This document shows, in pieces, positions 50,591 through 63,640 of a stretch of DNA of 64,000 bases (position 1 is its first letter; the number at the start of each line of letters is the position of its first letter). Both the position numbers and the translations under genes were made by a program. Source of the stretch: Octopus vulgaris (taxonomy: Eukaryota); NCBI GenBank assembly GCA_951406725.2, contig OX597816.1:156612001-156676000 (forward strand), written 5' to 3'. Under the pieces are notes generated by a model. It did no database searches. It had not been told where the DNA came from and worked only from the letters and a program-made list of their open reading frames with translations.

Positions 50591-53500
50591 AATAATAATA
50601 ATAATAATACACCTATGACGATTCTTTTTCCTGTTTTAGCATCGGTAAAACTATATTAGCTGTACACAGTCACATCCTTTCTGACTATATATCTCGGACT
50701 ATATTAAGTGAATTTTCCATTTTGTATTAAAGACAGTAGAGTGCAATTTGAGAAAGATTTGGTTGCTACTTCCAGCAAGTCATATGATACTGTGTTGAGG
50801 GTATTGGTCTTGTGAACGACAGCGTAAATGATATTGAAGCTGATAATAATGATGATAATCACGTTAATTATAATTAATAACAGCGTTCCTTGTAGTTGTT
50901 TTATTATTAGTGATGAGTGAGAAATAATGTATGTTTCTAAACTACTTGTCTTCATAATGACTTATTGCGAAAAGAGAGGAAAAATACAGACGAAAAATAA
51001 AAATATAAAAGACAATACAAAGCAAAAACGAACGAGAAAAACTAAAGGATCCACTAGAGACATAAATTATTCATAGAAATTCTCAGTAAACATGGCAATT
51101 TCTCTGACTTCATGTCACTTTTCATGAACATCATAAATTTTGAACAGAGAAGCTAGCACCACCTGCTACCACACAATAGAAGCTTGTTGAAATCCAAGCA
51201 ACGCTTAGTATCTCCTACTTGATCGATAAAACCTGGTATTTTATTCTTGTGCATAGTTTGCGTAGAGCATTGTGGTAAAATTATATTCATGTAACAGTAT
51301 GTAGATATATCACTATTCGTTCGTAGGAGTATTATACTATAAATCACACTCGCATGCAAAGAGGTAATTCTTTCTATAGAGTACTTTAGACATAAAATAA
51401 ACATAAACGAAATCAACATGTAAAGTTTTCAATAACCCCAGATATAATCTGGCGTCACAACTACACCAAATTCAAATTATGGTTACCTATAAGTGGTACT
51501 TTATGATAACGTCTTATAATTGAAATTTAAAAATAAAGTTCGATTTCTCCAAACAGACATTCACACTAATTTTTTATGTTAATATTCTTAGATAAATCTT
51601 CACACTTCTGATGTTTCCGCGTCAGTTACATGTCGTATTATACACTCATACTATCCCATCTGGTTCTGAATAAGGTGCGATACGACAGTAAGCCAGTTAA
51701 CTGTGTAGGTTCAACACAAAACGACGTTGTGCACCGGGTTGCTTCATAGATAAAAGGATTAAAACTAAAAATGCTTACTTCAATCAATTTGGAGAAAAGT
51801 CACATTGTAGACAGTAACCTTGAGAGATTACATTTCCGTATTTGGTGAAATCGGTTAATGAGTTTTTTCTTAATGAAACATTAGCAGAGTAAATGAGCTC
51901 GTGTTATCTACTCTACAAATATATTTATTGACCATATAAAGCGTATTAATAATATATTCTGTCCAAATTTATAGTTTAATTTTTAAAATATCCCACTTCT
52001 CATATGACGAACATTATAAGAAGGCATGTATCCAACACCAGAGCTGAAGGCATCCCCGAAAGTAGGGGCCGAAACCGGACGTAGTTCCTCCTGATGATGT
52101 CATGAGCTAACTGGATCCTATAAAGGAGCTGTTGTGGTAGTAGACCACGAAACAGGGTTGAAATTCCTCATGGTTTGATGATTGTTTATCTTATTAGATA
52201 TTGGATTGCGGTGGGTTTGCTGAAGACATTATAGTTCGCATGTAATTCTTAGTAGAAACACATTGCTTTAGGTTCCCCTCGTCTCTCTTCTGTTGAACAG
52301 GAGGAAGACGTCTCAGTAGGATTCGTTATCTTTTTCAGGTTTTTTGATAAATAGTGCAGAACGATATAGAACAACTGGCACGTAGTTGGACTCAAGCGTT
52401 TGAGAGCACAGTAACTATCCGTAAAGGGTAAAAAGGTTTGATATTAAATCCTAAATTGCACTGATATATTGATATTATATATTAAATATGAAATAATACT
52501 GATATTAAATAGCACTGAGCACTATTTAAATATTTGCGACGTGATTAAAATGTAATTTAGACCCAGTGTGAAGAGACAACTTTTGCCACCTGCTCTTTAC
52601 TGTATATGCTATACACTCTTCCTGACATAAATTCAGATCAAATTCGATAGAAACTCCTAATTATACACACTGTATTTTCTATTTACAGTTAAAGAAACCA
52701 TTTGAAACTTTCAAATTCTATAAAAACAAATTAGCATAGTGGGTTTCATCTTTCTCAACTGAATACTTGTAGGATAAATATTGTGTCAATACGCGTAAAT
52801 CATTAATGTCGGTCAGGGATTTAGTTTTCCTAGCCATGGATATTACACAACATCAGTGAAGCAATGACATCTGCAATCGTTTGTGTTAAATTTCTCACGA
52901 TGTAAAGGAGTGTTCTTAGAATATTAATAAGTTCGCTTGATGTAATGTGTGAAACGACTAAATTTCCGCGCCTGTGCTCTTCAATAGGTTACTTATTTTA
53001 AAAATAATACTTACTGCCCAGAAACACATTGATTTTAATCTATGCAGTACGTATCACAGAGACATACAATCATTTCCATCTATGCACATTAGTACATTCA
53101 TTGAAAATTGTTATTGCAAGTTCTATTTCTTATATTCGCTTCACAGTTTCCTAAAAAAATATATCATGTGTATTTCAAATCGATCTCCTTAGACAATCTT
53201 ATCATCGAATATGATGTGCATTTATATAACATGTTGTTTCCATTCTGATGTTGACTTGCATATTAACAATGAGCAGGCGGTATTATAAAGAAGTGTTCTC
53301 AGTCATGACTATGCCATTGCTTTTCATGTATGGACAACAGTGATCGAATGTATAATTCCATTTCTTAAATAAAAATTGGAGTTATTGCTACCAGTTTGAA
53401 TGACGAGACAGAAGTTCCCTCCTTGGCTCAGAATTCAAGTTTTATTGGTCCTCGATATATTTCAATATCAAAGCACATACACAAGTAAGCGGTCTTAAAC

Positions 53501-53910
53501 AATTATTTATTAAAATCCTTGTGAACAATCGTTAGTGGTATTACGAAAGTATATTGCTCTCAGAGCAGGTTTCATTACATCAGTTGAAATATCCTCCTTC
53601 ATTTATTACTTTCACTATAAATGCAACGATTGATTTATCAAGTGAGATCACACATTTCCTCCTTACATAATACATTAGCATATTTGCAGTGTGCAGATGT
53701 TCTAACATTTAACTCGTATACTCGGAGACGAATATGCCCACATATACATTTTATGAGCTGTGAATAAATCACATTTAATACAGCCAATTAAACTGCTATT
53801 GCTTAAATGAAACATGCTACATTTATTCAATGGTTTTGTTGGCTTTTGTTATAAAGCAGCGGGTGTGTGTATACGTGTACACATACACTCACATATCTAT
53901 ATCTATATAC

Positions 53911-53981
<71 letters not shown>

Positions 53982-54506
53982 TGTATGTGAGTATGTCAAG
54001 GTAGGAGAAAGAGAAGCTGCATTTAACCAATAAAAGCAGCCTGTACTTATGTCTACACACAAAACATACAGTGCAGAAGAAATAATAAATGCATTATATA
54101 AATTCGCAAATTAAAAGCAAAGAATTGGTAAAAAGACAGACGTTCATCTAAAAAGCAAAATAAGTATATGAAGCAAATATAAATGAAAATATACTTTCAG
54201 CAAAAAATAAATAAATAAATGATATTCCTGACGTAAAAGAAAGATTGAAACACCTGATCCTAGAAAGCATATAAGTATTTAAACAAATGCAAATATACTG
54301 CAATCGAACTATAGAACCTAACATACTGCAGGAATATTTAAAAGGAAAATGTACAGTAACATATTAAAACACACGATAGATTAGACAAAAGACAGACGAA
54401 CATACTGCAGAGCGCAGTATGACAAATTTAATAATACAATCATAGTTGATTGAAATTTGAGGACTCCAAGTAAGAATGAGGTCCTTCAGTATAGTTCATA
54501 TATAAA

Positions 54507-54537
<31 letters not shown>

Positions 54538-54569
54538 CGAAAAAAATTCTGTCAATGACCAGCATATTA

Positions 54570-54912
54570 AAAAATACAAGAACGCAATAGAGGAAAATAA
54601 CGCATTCCGACGGATAGACGATACAAAAGCGGACAGGAGAAACAGTAATTAGGAGGAAAGGAAAAAAGAAAGACGGGTCTTTCGTGGACTTCTTTCCTCA
54701 GTCAAGTTTAGCAGAAGTCCATACAGCTTCGAGCAGTTAGACTTGAGACAGTTCGATCTGGTTGCCCTCCAAAATGTTTAAGCTAAGAGCATTAGATTTT
54801 TTATGTAAGAAGGCTAGCGAATGTGCGCTGCAGCAAAGATAAAACTCGGAGAACATAGTGCACAATTACAAATACAATGAACAAGAAAATAACAACAGGT
54901 GTCTTTCGACTG
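54570..54912 (-). mobile_element. PLE-like repeat family B, diverged copy
   Basis: Homologous to 38845-39212; permuted hammerhead strands at 54695-54749. Confidence 0.7.
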
Positions 54913-54924
54913 AATATATATATA

Positions 54925-55217
54925 TTGATTGATTGATTGATTGATTGATTCTAGTTTCAGCCCATGAGCTGTGGCCATGCTGGGGCACCGCCATTTGGTG
55001 TTGCTACTTGGTTTTGAGGGCATGTCTGAGAGGGCCATTATGAACAGTAGTGGTCCCAAAACAGTGCCCTGCGGAACACCGCTCACTATTTGTGTGTTAA
55101 TGGAAGTGGCCCAATTGGCTACTACCACCTGCTCTGCTACCACCTTTATGAATAGGGCATATTTTACCTTCCTTCAGTTTTTTGGAAGTTTGCCAGCTGC
55201 AAGGAAGCTCTGAAAGA

Positions 55218-55269
<52 letters not shown>

Positions 55270-55555
55270 GCAGTGGTAAAGAAGTCAGTTGGATTGGTGA
55301 TTTGGAAATCCGAGGGTGGAGTGAAAACACTCTTGAATTGCTCATTCAGTATTTCACTTACCCTCATTGGTTTTCCTGTGAGTGTGCCATCCTTTTCAAG
55401 GAGTGGCCCTATCCTACAGTGCACCGTAGCTGTTTCTTTGGCATACCTGTAGAAAGCTCTGGGGTTAGATTTTATGTTGTCTATAGCCAGGCTTCTTTGT
55501 TTGCTCTTTCCTTTTCATGGAGAGTTGCAGACATTTTTCAATTTCAACAGTTTTA
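54925..55555 (-). mobile_element. Multiply internally deleted copy of the CR1-group LINE, (AATC)n tail
   Basis: Four blocks matching ~22655-22726, ~23669-23756, ~24100-24191 and ~24350-24645. Confidence 0.9.
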
Positions 55556-55627
55556 TATATATATATAAGCATGAGTTAGTAATAAAATCTCAAGAAGCGA
55601 TAGAGTAGTAACGTATCTTAAACATTG

Positions 55628-55892
55628 GAGCGAGTTATCACATCAAAGTGGCAGGTGAATGTTACTACTAGTTTAACCGCAGGCAGATTCTCTGCCAGCT
55701 GGATTTTGATGCAACGTTCTGAATCCTTTATATACAATACGTCGCTAGCATAGGGAGCGAATTCCTACTAACCTCCATAAGCGTGTATATGCAGGATGCA
55801 GAACGTTGCATGAAAAACCAGTTGGCCGAGAAAATGCTTGGGGTTAAACTAGTAGTCAAATTCAGCTGCCACTTTGATTTAGCAACTCGCTC
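55628..55892. mobile_element. Fold-back/MITE-like element with ~100-bp imperfect TIRs
   Basis: GAGCGAGTT..ATCAAAGTGGCAG..ACTACTAGTTTAACC..ATGCAACGTTCTG is mirrored on the right. Confidence 0.75.
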
Positions 55893-56252
55893 TACTATAT
55901 ATGTATATATATAGTTGAGAGAGTTGGTATGGGAAAGCACGTTGCTGGATGTATAAAAAACAAAAATACTACAGAAGATTTCTATTATGTGGTTAAAAAA
56001 TATATCAAAATTGTTACGTTAAGAAAACGATACAAAATTTTGTGTATAGTGCCATTGCTTTTGGAGAAATAACCGGTTTCGCATTTTCTTTCCAAATTTG
56101 TCAAATATCTTTACCAATATTGAGTCATCTATTCGTTATGGTGCGACTTAGGAGCGTTCGATACACGGGGGGTCAACAGTGATTTTTCGATATAAGGGAC
56201 ATAATCAAATATGTTGGAAATGTTTAGGTTTTGTTAATTTAACAAGATTTGG

Positions 56253-56295
<43 letters not shown>

Positions 56296-56297
<2 letters not shown>

Positions 56298-56440
56298 AAT
56301 GAACCGAACGTCCGGCTAAGGTGCCCTACGCTTCGTCCATTAGAACCCCGAAAGGGTGTCGGTCGATATAGACAACAGGACGATGGTCACGGAAGTCGAA
56401 ATCCGCTCAGGAGTGTGTAACAACTTACCTGCCGAATCGA
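56296..56440 (+). pseudogene. 28S (LSU) rRNA fragment
   Basis: ATGAACCGAACG..AAGGTGCCC..GGTGTCGGTCGATATAGACAACAGGACGATGGTCACGGAAGTCGAAATCCGCTCAGGAGTGTGTAACAACTTACCTGCCGAATC matches the conserved eukaryotic LSU core with scattered substitutions. Confidence 0.92.
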
Positions 56441-56444
56441 TTTG

Positions 56445-57325
56445 ATTTTTAAAAGTTACCAGATCTTTCGTCTACAATGTTTGTAAGGAGCTAGAGACTA
56501 TAGATGAGAATGTATCATCAGTATCAAAGCATAAAAAGCATTCTAAACACTCTCGAATCATCAGAACACCTGGAGGTATCCAGCAAGTTCAACAGACCAT
56601 TGATTACAATCCCAGAAATTCCATGAGGTCAATTGTAAAAGATCTCCATGTGTCAGAAGGAACAGTCAGATATTTTGTTCACGAAGACAACAGATATAAG
56701 TCTTATATGATGAGGAAAGATCAATTTGTCAGAAAAAGCAAAAGAAAATCGCTACCTCAGATCTAAATGGTTCTTAAACAAACTGAAAAATCCAGCAGAA
56801 GAAAATTTGTTTTGGTTTTTCTCAAACGAGACAAACTTCGACTAATATCAAAACGTTAACTGAAGAATTGACAGATGATTATGTACAGACCCTTCTGAAG
56901 TTGCAAGTATTATGCATACAAAATTCCCTGCAACTGTCATGAAGGACATTTGATTCCTGCTTACCCCTTTCCATAAGGTCTTATAGTTAACTCTACCGCC
57001 TACATTGTGGCCCTGCAAATAATTGTTAAGCTCCGGATAGGTAGTGCATGCAATGGAGAGCCATATGTGTTTCAGTAAGATTGTGCACTATCACACATGA
57101 CTCTAGTAACACAGGAATGGATGGCTTAAAATATTCATGATCACATAACCCCTACATTTGGCCTCCTAATTCTCCAGATCTCAATCGACTGGACTATCAT
57201 ATGTGGAGCGTTGTTGAGAGAGAAGTCAATGAACATGCCCATAACACCAAAGATTCTTTGAAAGCTGCCATAATCAAAGTAATGTCTAAAATGAACCAGA
57301 ACCACTTGATTCGAGCATGTAGAGA
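56445..57325 (+). mobile_element. Tc1/mariner DD37D (maT-like) transposase remnant
   Basis: NPRNSMRSIVKDLHVSEGTV; WFFSNETNF; YVFQ*DCALSH; WPPNSPDLNRLDYHMWS (third catalytic residue D). Confidence 0.85.
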
Positions 57326-60169
57326 AACTGAAATTTACAGAAATCTAATTTTACAAAGAATTTTTTTTAAATAGTTTCGAAATATCCTTAAAATCCTTTA
57401 AAATGTTTCAGGCCGAAGGCTGTGGCCATGCTGAGGCACCACAAATTTTGTGATAAAATAAGAGAATTACAGCCACTGAGGAGAAAAGAAAAGTCATGAA
57501 TGAATTGGCCACCTTCCTGATTCAATATATAAATAAGTGCAAATGATATGAACAAGCTATGACATGAACAAAACAAACCTCTCAAATACAAATGATTGAA
57601 GTACATACAATCAACAACCTGAATCTATTATTAACACACGCAATACGATTGTTGGTATATAGACGCTAAGTACCGTTTTCATAATGTGTATATTGAATAT
57701 ATTAACCTGGAATTTAAGTAATTTGAAGATAGGGTTAGAGAGAACGTGAGAAGCACTAATTTCATTCTGTTACCATTTAACATGCACAGTTCCAGGAAGG
57801 AGTTTGTTGTAGATACTCTATTGAATACAGTCTATAATGGCAGTCTACAAAAAGCACTCATCATCAATTAAGTTTGCGATAAAATATTTGCCTATCTCTA
57901 GAAATATATTGAAGTTGCTAAGTTGATGACAGAAGCTAATTATGATGTATACATAACTTTAAAACAAGGGAATAGGGAAACCAAAACAAAAGCAGAATTT
58001 CCAAAAATGTTACACAAACAAGAACATTTTCCTTGTTCAAATGAGAATTAAATGCCAAAAAAAAATGTAAGTGATAAATTCCATTGTGTTCTCTGTGTTG
58101 TTTATTAACATAGAAAAATGAAGGATGCTTGAGATCCAAAATTGGATACTTATACAAGGAAATTGATTACAACATACAGAACATATTACCACAAAACACA
58201 TTTCTACCGGGTTTGCATGAATAGAGAATTAGAAGACAATGATTAACGTAGGTGGAATCCAATTACAAACCAATTACATTTATGCAGTAAATACACTTCA
58301 AAGAGAGCAATGAATATAACTATGGAAAAAGAAAGATTCTATATTTTTTCTGCAAAGATACCACAATATTCATTACTCAGGTAAAGTGAGGAAAATGTAC
58401 GATAGAATCAAGAATTCAAAGGACAGGAACGAAGCAGCAACAGTCATTAAATATACCGTTTGCATCAACACTTTTTCTCTTTGCCAGCCCGAATTATTTT
58501 CATAAGATTGTCCTATATATCTATGCTTGTTTTCTGACTTTTAGTTAATTTTCGCTTCATATGTTCTCTGAAATATGTAGCTTCCCTTAGATTAGCCTTA
58601 AGTTACTGCATCGTACATGATGCATAGACACGAGGAAATTATGTCCTATGCATCACATATGATACGTAGGACAGAGAAACGGTTGAATGAAGAGGAAAGT
58701 AAATGTGTTATGTCGCACGTTCGGATGCCTTATATTCAACTCTACTCTTCTCTCTGACATTCTGTTCAGTTCTACTACGACTGCTACGGAACTCTACTCT
58801 TCCACGGCATCTAGACTTCTCCTTCTATATCTCCGTATTGGGCTAGTCTACTTCGTCGTCTGTGGGCATCGACACAGCAAAATGATTCTGTGGGAAGTAT
58901 AAACATAGATATTCTTTCCCAAACGTGTCATGAAATAATCAGAAACCGCAATAGAAGCATTTGGCGTTTAAGGCCGTTAAAGCGAGATAGGTTCGAAAAG
59001 AGCAGCTTAAAATTGTGTAATCCATCTATACCGAGCACGGGAGAAATTTCATTAAATAAATCGTCTCATACCCATCTTGCTCAATATTTGCCATTGTAAT
59101 AACTACGTGTACCAACTGCACCGGATAAAGGAGTATCTTCATTAAAATTTGCCCAAACATTGTAAATTGAATAGTGCAAAGAATAGTATGAATATTGACG
59201 CAATAATGTTGCGGAAAATAATTAAATAGGAATAACATAAGTCAAGTTAGTGCACACTTATTCGAGCATGAATCGATTTGATAACCAATTACAACGCATA
59301 TACATTATAACTGGTAACACATCACGAAGACAGACACGCATGGATAAAGTAAATAAAGGAAATCGAAATGCAAATGTGTTCAGGGAAAATTACTAAGAAG
59401 GCGGGCGAGGTATAATACGGTAGAATCTATTATAGTATGGGCTTGTAGGAATATATTCTAAGCACCAAATACCTTATCCAAATACTGTTCGTTCCCCCAA
59501 AACGCATTACCTGTTTCTTATTTTGAGTTTTTACAAAGTTTTATTGTTTTTATAGCTTTCTCACAAGAAATTAAAAAGTGAGTTGTTTAAATGTATTCAT
59601 TGCATTGTTCGTAATTTGTTCTATTCTCTCCTCTCATGAAATTTATACGCTTCAAAAATAAATATTACAGGAAAATAATATATGATGCGTTCTAGGCAGA
59701 AGATATTAACATCTAGCGATAAATGACAATAGTTTCCCTACCAAAGAAATGATATATATATAATGACTTGATCAGCTGGAATAGTAGCTAAATCAATTTA
59801 CACATTAGCCATTAAAAAGTGTGTGTGTTGAGCAACAAATTCAATGCATTTGAATATAAAGCAGTATAAAACAGTACTGGAATGACTCTGATCACAAACC
59901 TGTCTAGCGCTGCTTTGAGGATGAATAACGACAAGAATGGGGTTTCGATATGGTAGCTGAACTTGTTTGAAATAGCAGTGACATCTCTTCCAAATCTCAT
60001 GCAAGGACACAACAGATTAAACGATCGTCGATATCACAAACGGAAATGCTACTGGATTACTGGAATGTATTTCATTTCAGATCAACTGAGGTAGGAATGA
60101 TGTGAGGTTAAACATCAACAATACACTCAGTTTCACCAGTCGCACGTATAGACACACCTGCAAACACAT

Positions 60170-60211
<42 letters not shown>

Positions 60212-60270
60212 CCTGTTCCACTAGTCCTTGTGAAGAAAATGCAAATTGCTAATCATGCTGAAGTTAATAA

Positions 60271-62338
60271 TATTGGGGAACACATTATATGAAACGATAT
60301 CTAACACTTGATTCTAAGTGATTTGGGTGCGCTAAATACGAATTCCATCTCGATTTAGCTCTATCAAGTTTTGATACCTGTCAACATCGTGTGTGCTATT
60401 TTCCAGATTTTTCAATTTAGGATGAAAAAATTAAATCATGTATTCAAATTTATTTTCAAGTTTCATGAATATAAGCGGTTCAAAGTAATGTAAAATTTCA
60501 TTATAACAATAGTAAGGGCTTAACATATAAGAAAGTAATGAGATATGAAGTTTTCACTCTGAGAAAGATTTTCTTTTATAAGATTTTCGAGTATTTGCTT
60601 GTTGATGACCGGTTTCGTTTCAAACACCAAGAGTAAACAGCCATCATATGGGAATCCCAGCGTCCTTGGTACCTTTCCTCCATAATTTTGTTATCTTACA
60701 GTATCTAAATTTCTTGGAAATTGGTCACGATGGTTATTCAAAATATGCATTTTTATGCTCATATTAAGGGACACTGTAGTCCCTGAAAAGTATTTCTATG
60801 ATTTCTTCGTAGTCATCTGCTCTATAATTGCCTAAAATGTTTTCTGTCATGTCCACGAATGAGATCCAGGTATTTTTGTCGTATTCATTCAGGACATAAG
60901 GAAAATCGCAGGCTTTAACTAATGTTCTTGATAGTGGACCGTAGAATATTCCTGCTTTCATCTTTTCATAACTTAAACTTGTAAATTTTGAAGTTATTTA
61001 TTTGAAACACATGCCGTTCGTATATAAAGCTTTTACATATTGTTTAATAAATCTTAGACTGATATGTAGAGAAGGAAATATGATTTTATCTCTGCTCACT
61101 AAAGGTGGATTAATTACGTTTTTCTCCGGCCAGATTTGTTTGAAATAATGTAATTCCTCGATTCTGCTGTCCCCTAAGCAAAAAAGGTCGAAATATTTAG
61201 TATACTCTGGTTGTTGTCCTAGCAGAAAATTAACCACTTTTTAGTCAACACATGTAGCCCACTTGTGCTCCCTATATTTGATAAGATTTAAAACCTTCTC
61301 TATTTGTTCATACTTTTCTTTAAATTTTGTTGGGTCCCCAGTCGGTAACGAGCCGTTTAGCTTGCCATTATGCAACAACATACACTTAAAATTTCTTTTC
61401 AAAATGTCGAAAACAAGCGCCAGTCATCTGCATTGTAAGACTCAAACTCAATCTCCTGGAACAAACCAAGTATGTTGCAACAACATACCAAAATTCCTCT
61501 GTTATAAAATATTTCAGAAGTTCTCATTTTCCGTAAAATATAATGTATGTTTGAAGTAAACAATTTTTGCACTCTAGGTCTTGAAGTTAAAATTTTCACA
61601 GACTTTTTTTGAAAATTTAGAACCTTTACAAGATCATTCAACTAGGCCATGTTAAACTGTTGCGGATCATTTTAACTTTCAAATGCGCTGGGATCAAAAT
61701 TAGTGTCAAACTCCTGAGAGTGCATAACAATATTTTATGAAACATCTTCAACTAATTCTTGAAGTGGCTGACTCTTAAATGTTGGAATGAAGATTTCATT
61801 CGAAAGTTAAACAGGTGGTATCGCGGTGTGGAAATTTGGGTACTCGATAAAATGTTTATTTTTCTTAGTGAAGCTCGAAGTTTTGAAAAAAGAAAAGTAG
61901 CAATTGATCTCGTGGTTAGTTCGCTCTCGCCACAACTAAATGGACAAAATCATGCTAAAAGTCATTTTTTACATGAATAAAAATCGTTCTCCTAAGGAAA
62001 TTAAGTTAAGTTCAGTTAAAGCATTCTTCTTGGACTCCCATACGATTAAAGTCATCTTCCTTATCCCTATTCAAAGTTATTCAAATGTACATGTACATGA
62101 GTACATAGGTAAGAATGCACAAAGCAGATGTGTCAAGAGCCTGTTTGTCGGCGTTTAGAAAAATGTTAACAAAAGCGAGAGAGACTTGCTTTTATGGATT
62201 ATATCAAACGTTATCGCTCTAAAAACCAGTACCTGATAGAGCAAAATCGAGTAAAAATTCGTTCTCATCGCACCCAAAACAGAAATAACTATCAAATCTA
62301 ATTCCATAGACAAAAATATTGAAATTTGTTCCCCACTG
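60271..62338 (-). mobile_element. Chapaev3-like (CMC) DNA transposon, degraded
   Basis: LGQQPEYTKY..CLGDSR; PPLVSRDKIIFPSLHISL.FIKQYVKAL; KAGIF.GP; ERYQGRWDSHMMA; ends TGGGGAACA/TGTTCCCCA plus subterminal IRs TTTGGGTGCG..CTCGATTTAGCTCTATCA. Confidence 0.75.
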
Positions 62339-63569
62339 TTATATATGTATAAGATATACATACTATATAATTCATTTCTCACAACTTGAAAGCAAAGGGA
62401 AAAAGAAGGAATATAGAAAAATGAAGATGAATATATTATTGTGCGAAATGTAGGAAGAAATTAGAAGTGGGCGAGGAACAGAATAGGAAGTCGTTTTAAG
62501 AGGTTTAGAGAAATAGTCTACAAATTTTAAATATTTGTGGATATAAGACAAGTGTACACATTCTTCCACTCCACCGTAGCATACATTTTGCATTTTCCCT
62601 ATATATTGCTATGTCACTTCTATTTCCTAGTTTCCTTTGGATATTTCTTTCAATTCATTTCTACGACTTTATGTACAGGAAATTTAAATTTTATTCCTGA
62701 ATTTAATAACGAAAATTGATTGCAATAATTTTCCTATGTGCACATAGAGAAAATAGATCGCGATATATCTCACCATATCAGAAAGCAACAGCAATTCCTC
62801 AGTTTCAGAATATTTGTTAAATATAGAAATCAAACAGGGAAATTTCTAGATATTCATCTGTAATAGCTTACATGAATGCGCTTATGAAAATGTCCATCAA
62901 TAAATCAATTAGATAATTTATGCTGTAGAAATGCTATGGAAAATCTACATATATATTTTCATGTTTTCGTGTCAATGGGATTCATCATGTTGTAAAATTA
63001 AATATGAGCAAACAGATAATGAATATCTTACGGAGAACACAAACAGTTAGACGTAAACATATTTGTTGTGGAAATTCTGTGTATAATATGATGAGGTAAA
63101 TAGTAGCTTCTTTCATGTTAGAGATATATGTGATGCATAATAGCTGTCAGAATAAAGAGTTAAGATCAGAGAGAGATTTACTTGTGTGGAGCAAAGAGAG
63201 CTAACCGATAGTTCAATTGAGAAGTTCAAACCGGTTCTGAATGGAGAGCAATGATGATTTAAATTTGGTTTGATTTGAAAGTAAAGATTCATAAAGAAAT
63301 ATTATGTAATACACTATCATCTCCTTTCAAATACGTAAGAGCCTCACTGTTGCTAGGTACAGTTAAATACAAATATCCCTTTTCTTTTTTAATTACCCCA
63401 ACTCCAACATAGCTGCTATGTAAATATTTACTTAGATACTTAGAGTACATTTTGGGGGATTATATGAAATTAACTGTAATATTGGTTTTTAAATGATCTA
63501 AAAGGGGAGGTAAATCTAGAAATAATAACTTGCTATAATCCGCAGTATTGCATTTTAATATATACTGTA

Positions 63570-63640
63570 TAGAGAGAGAGGTGGGGAGAGGAAGGAAGAG
63601 AGAGCGGGAGTGAATAAGAGAGGGAGGGAGGGAGAGAGAG
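63570..63640. repeat. GA-rich low-complexity tract
   Basis: Visible. Confidence 0.85.

Noticed and set aside
56062-56145. Minus-strand GAAACCGGTT hammerhead-like 3' half
   Set aside because: The CUGANGA strand is incomplete
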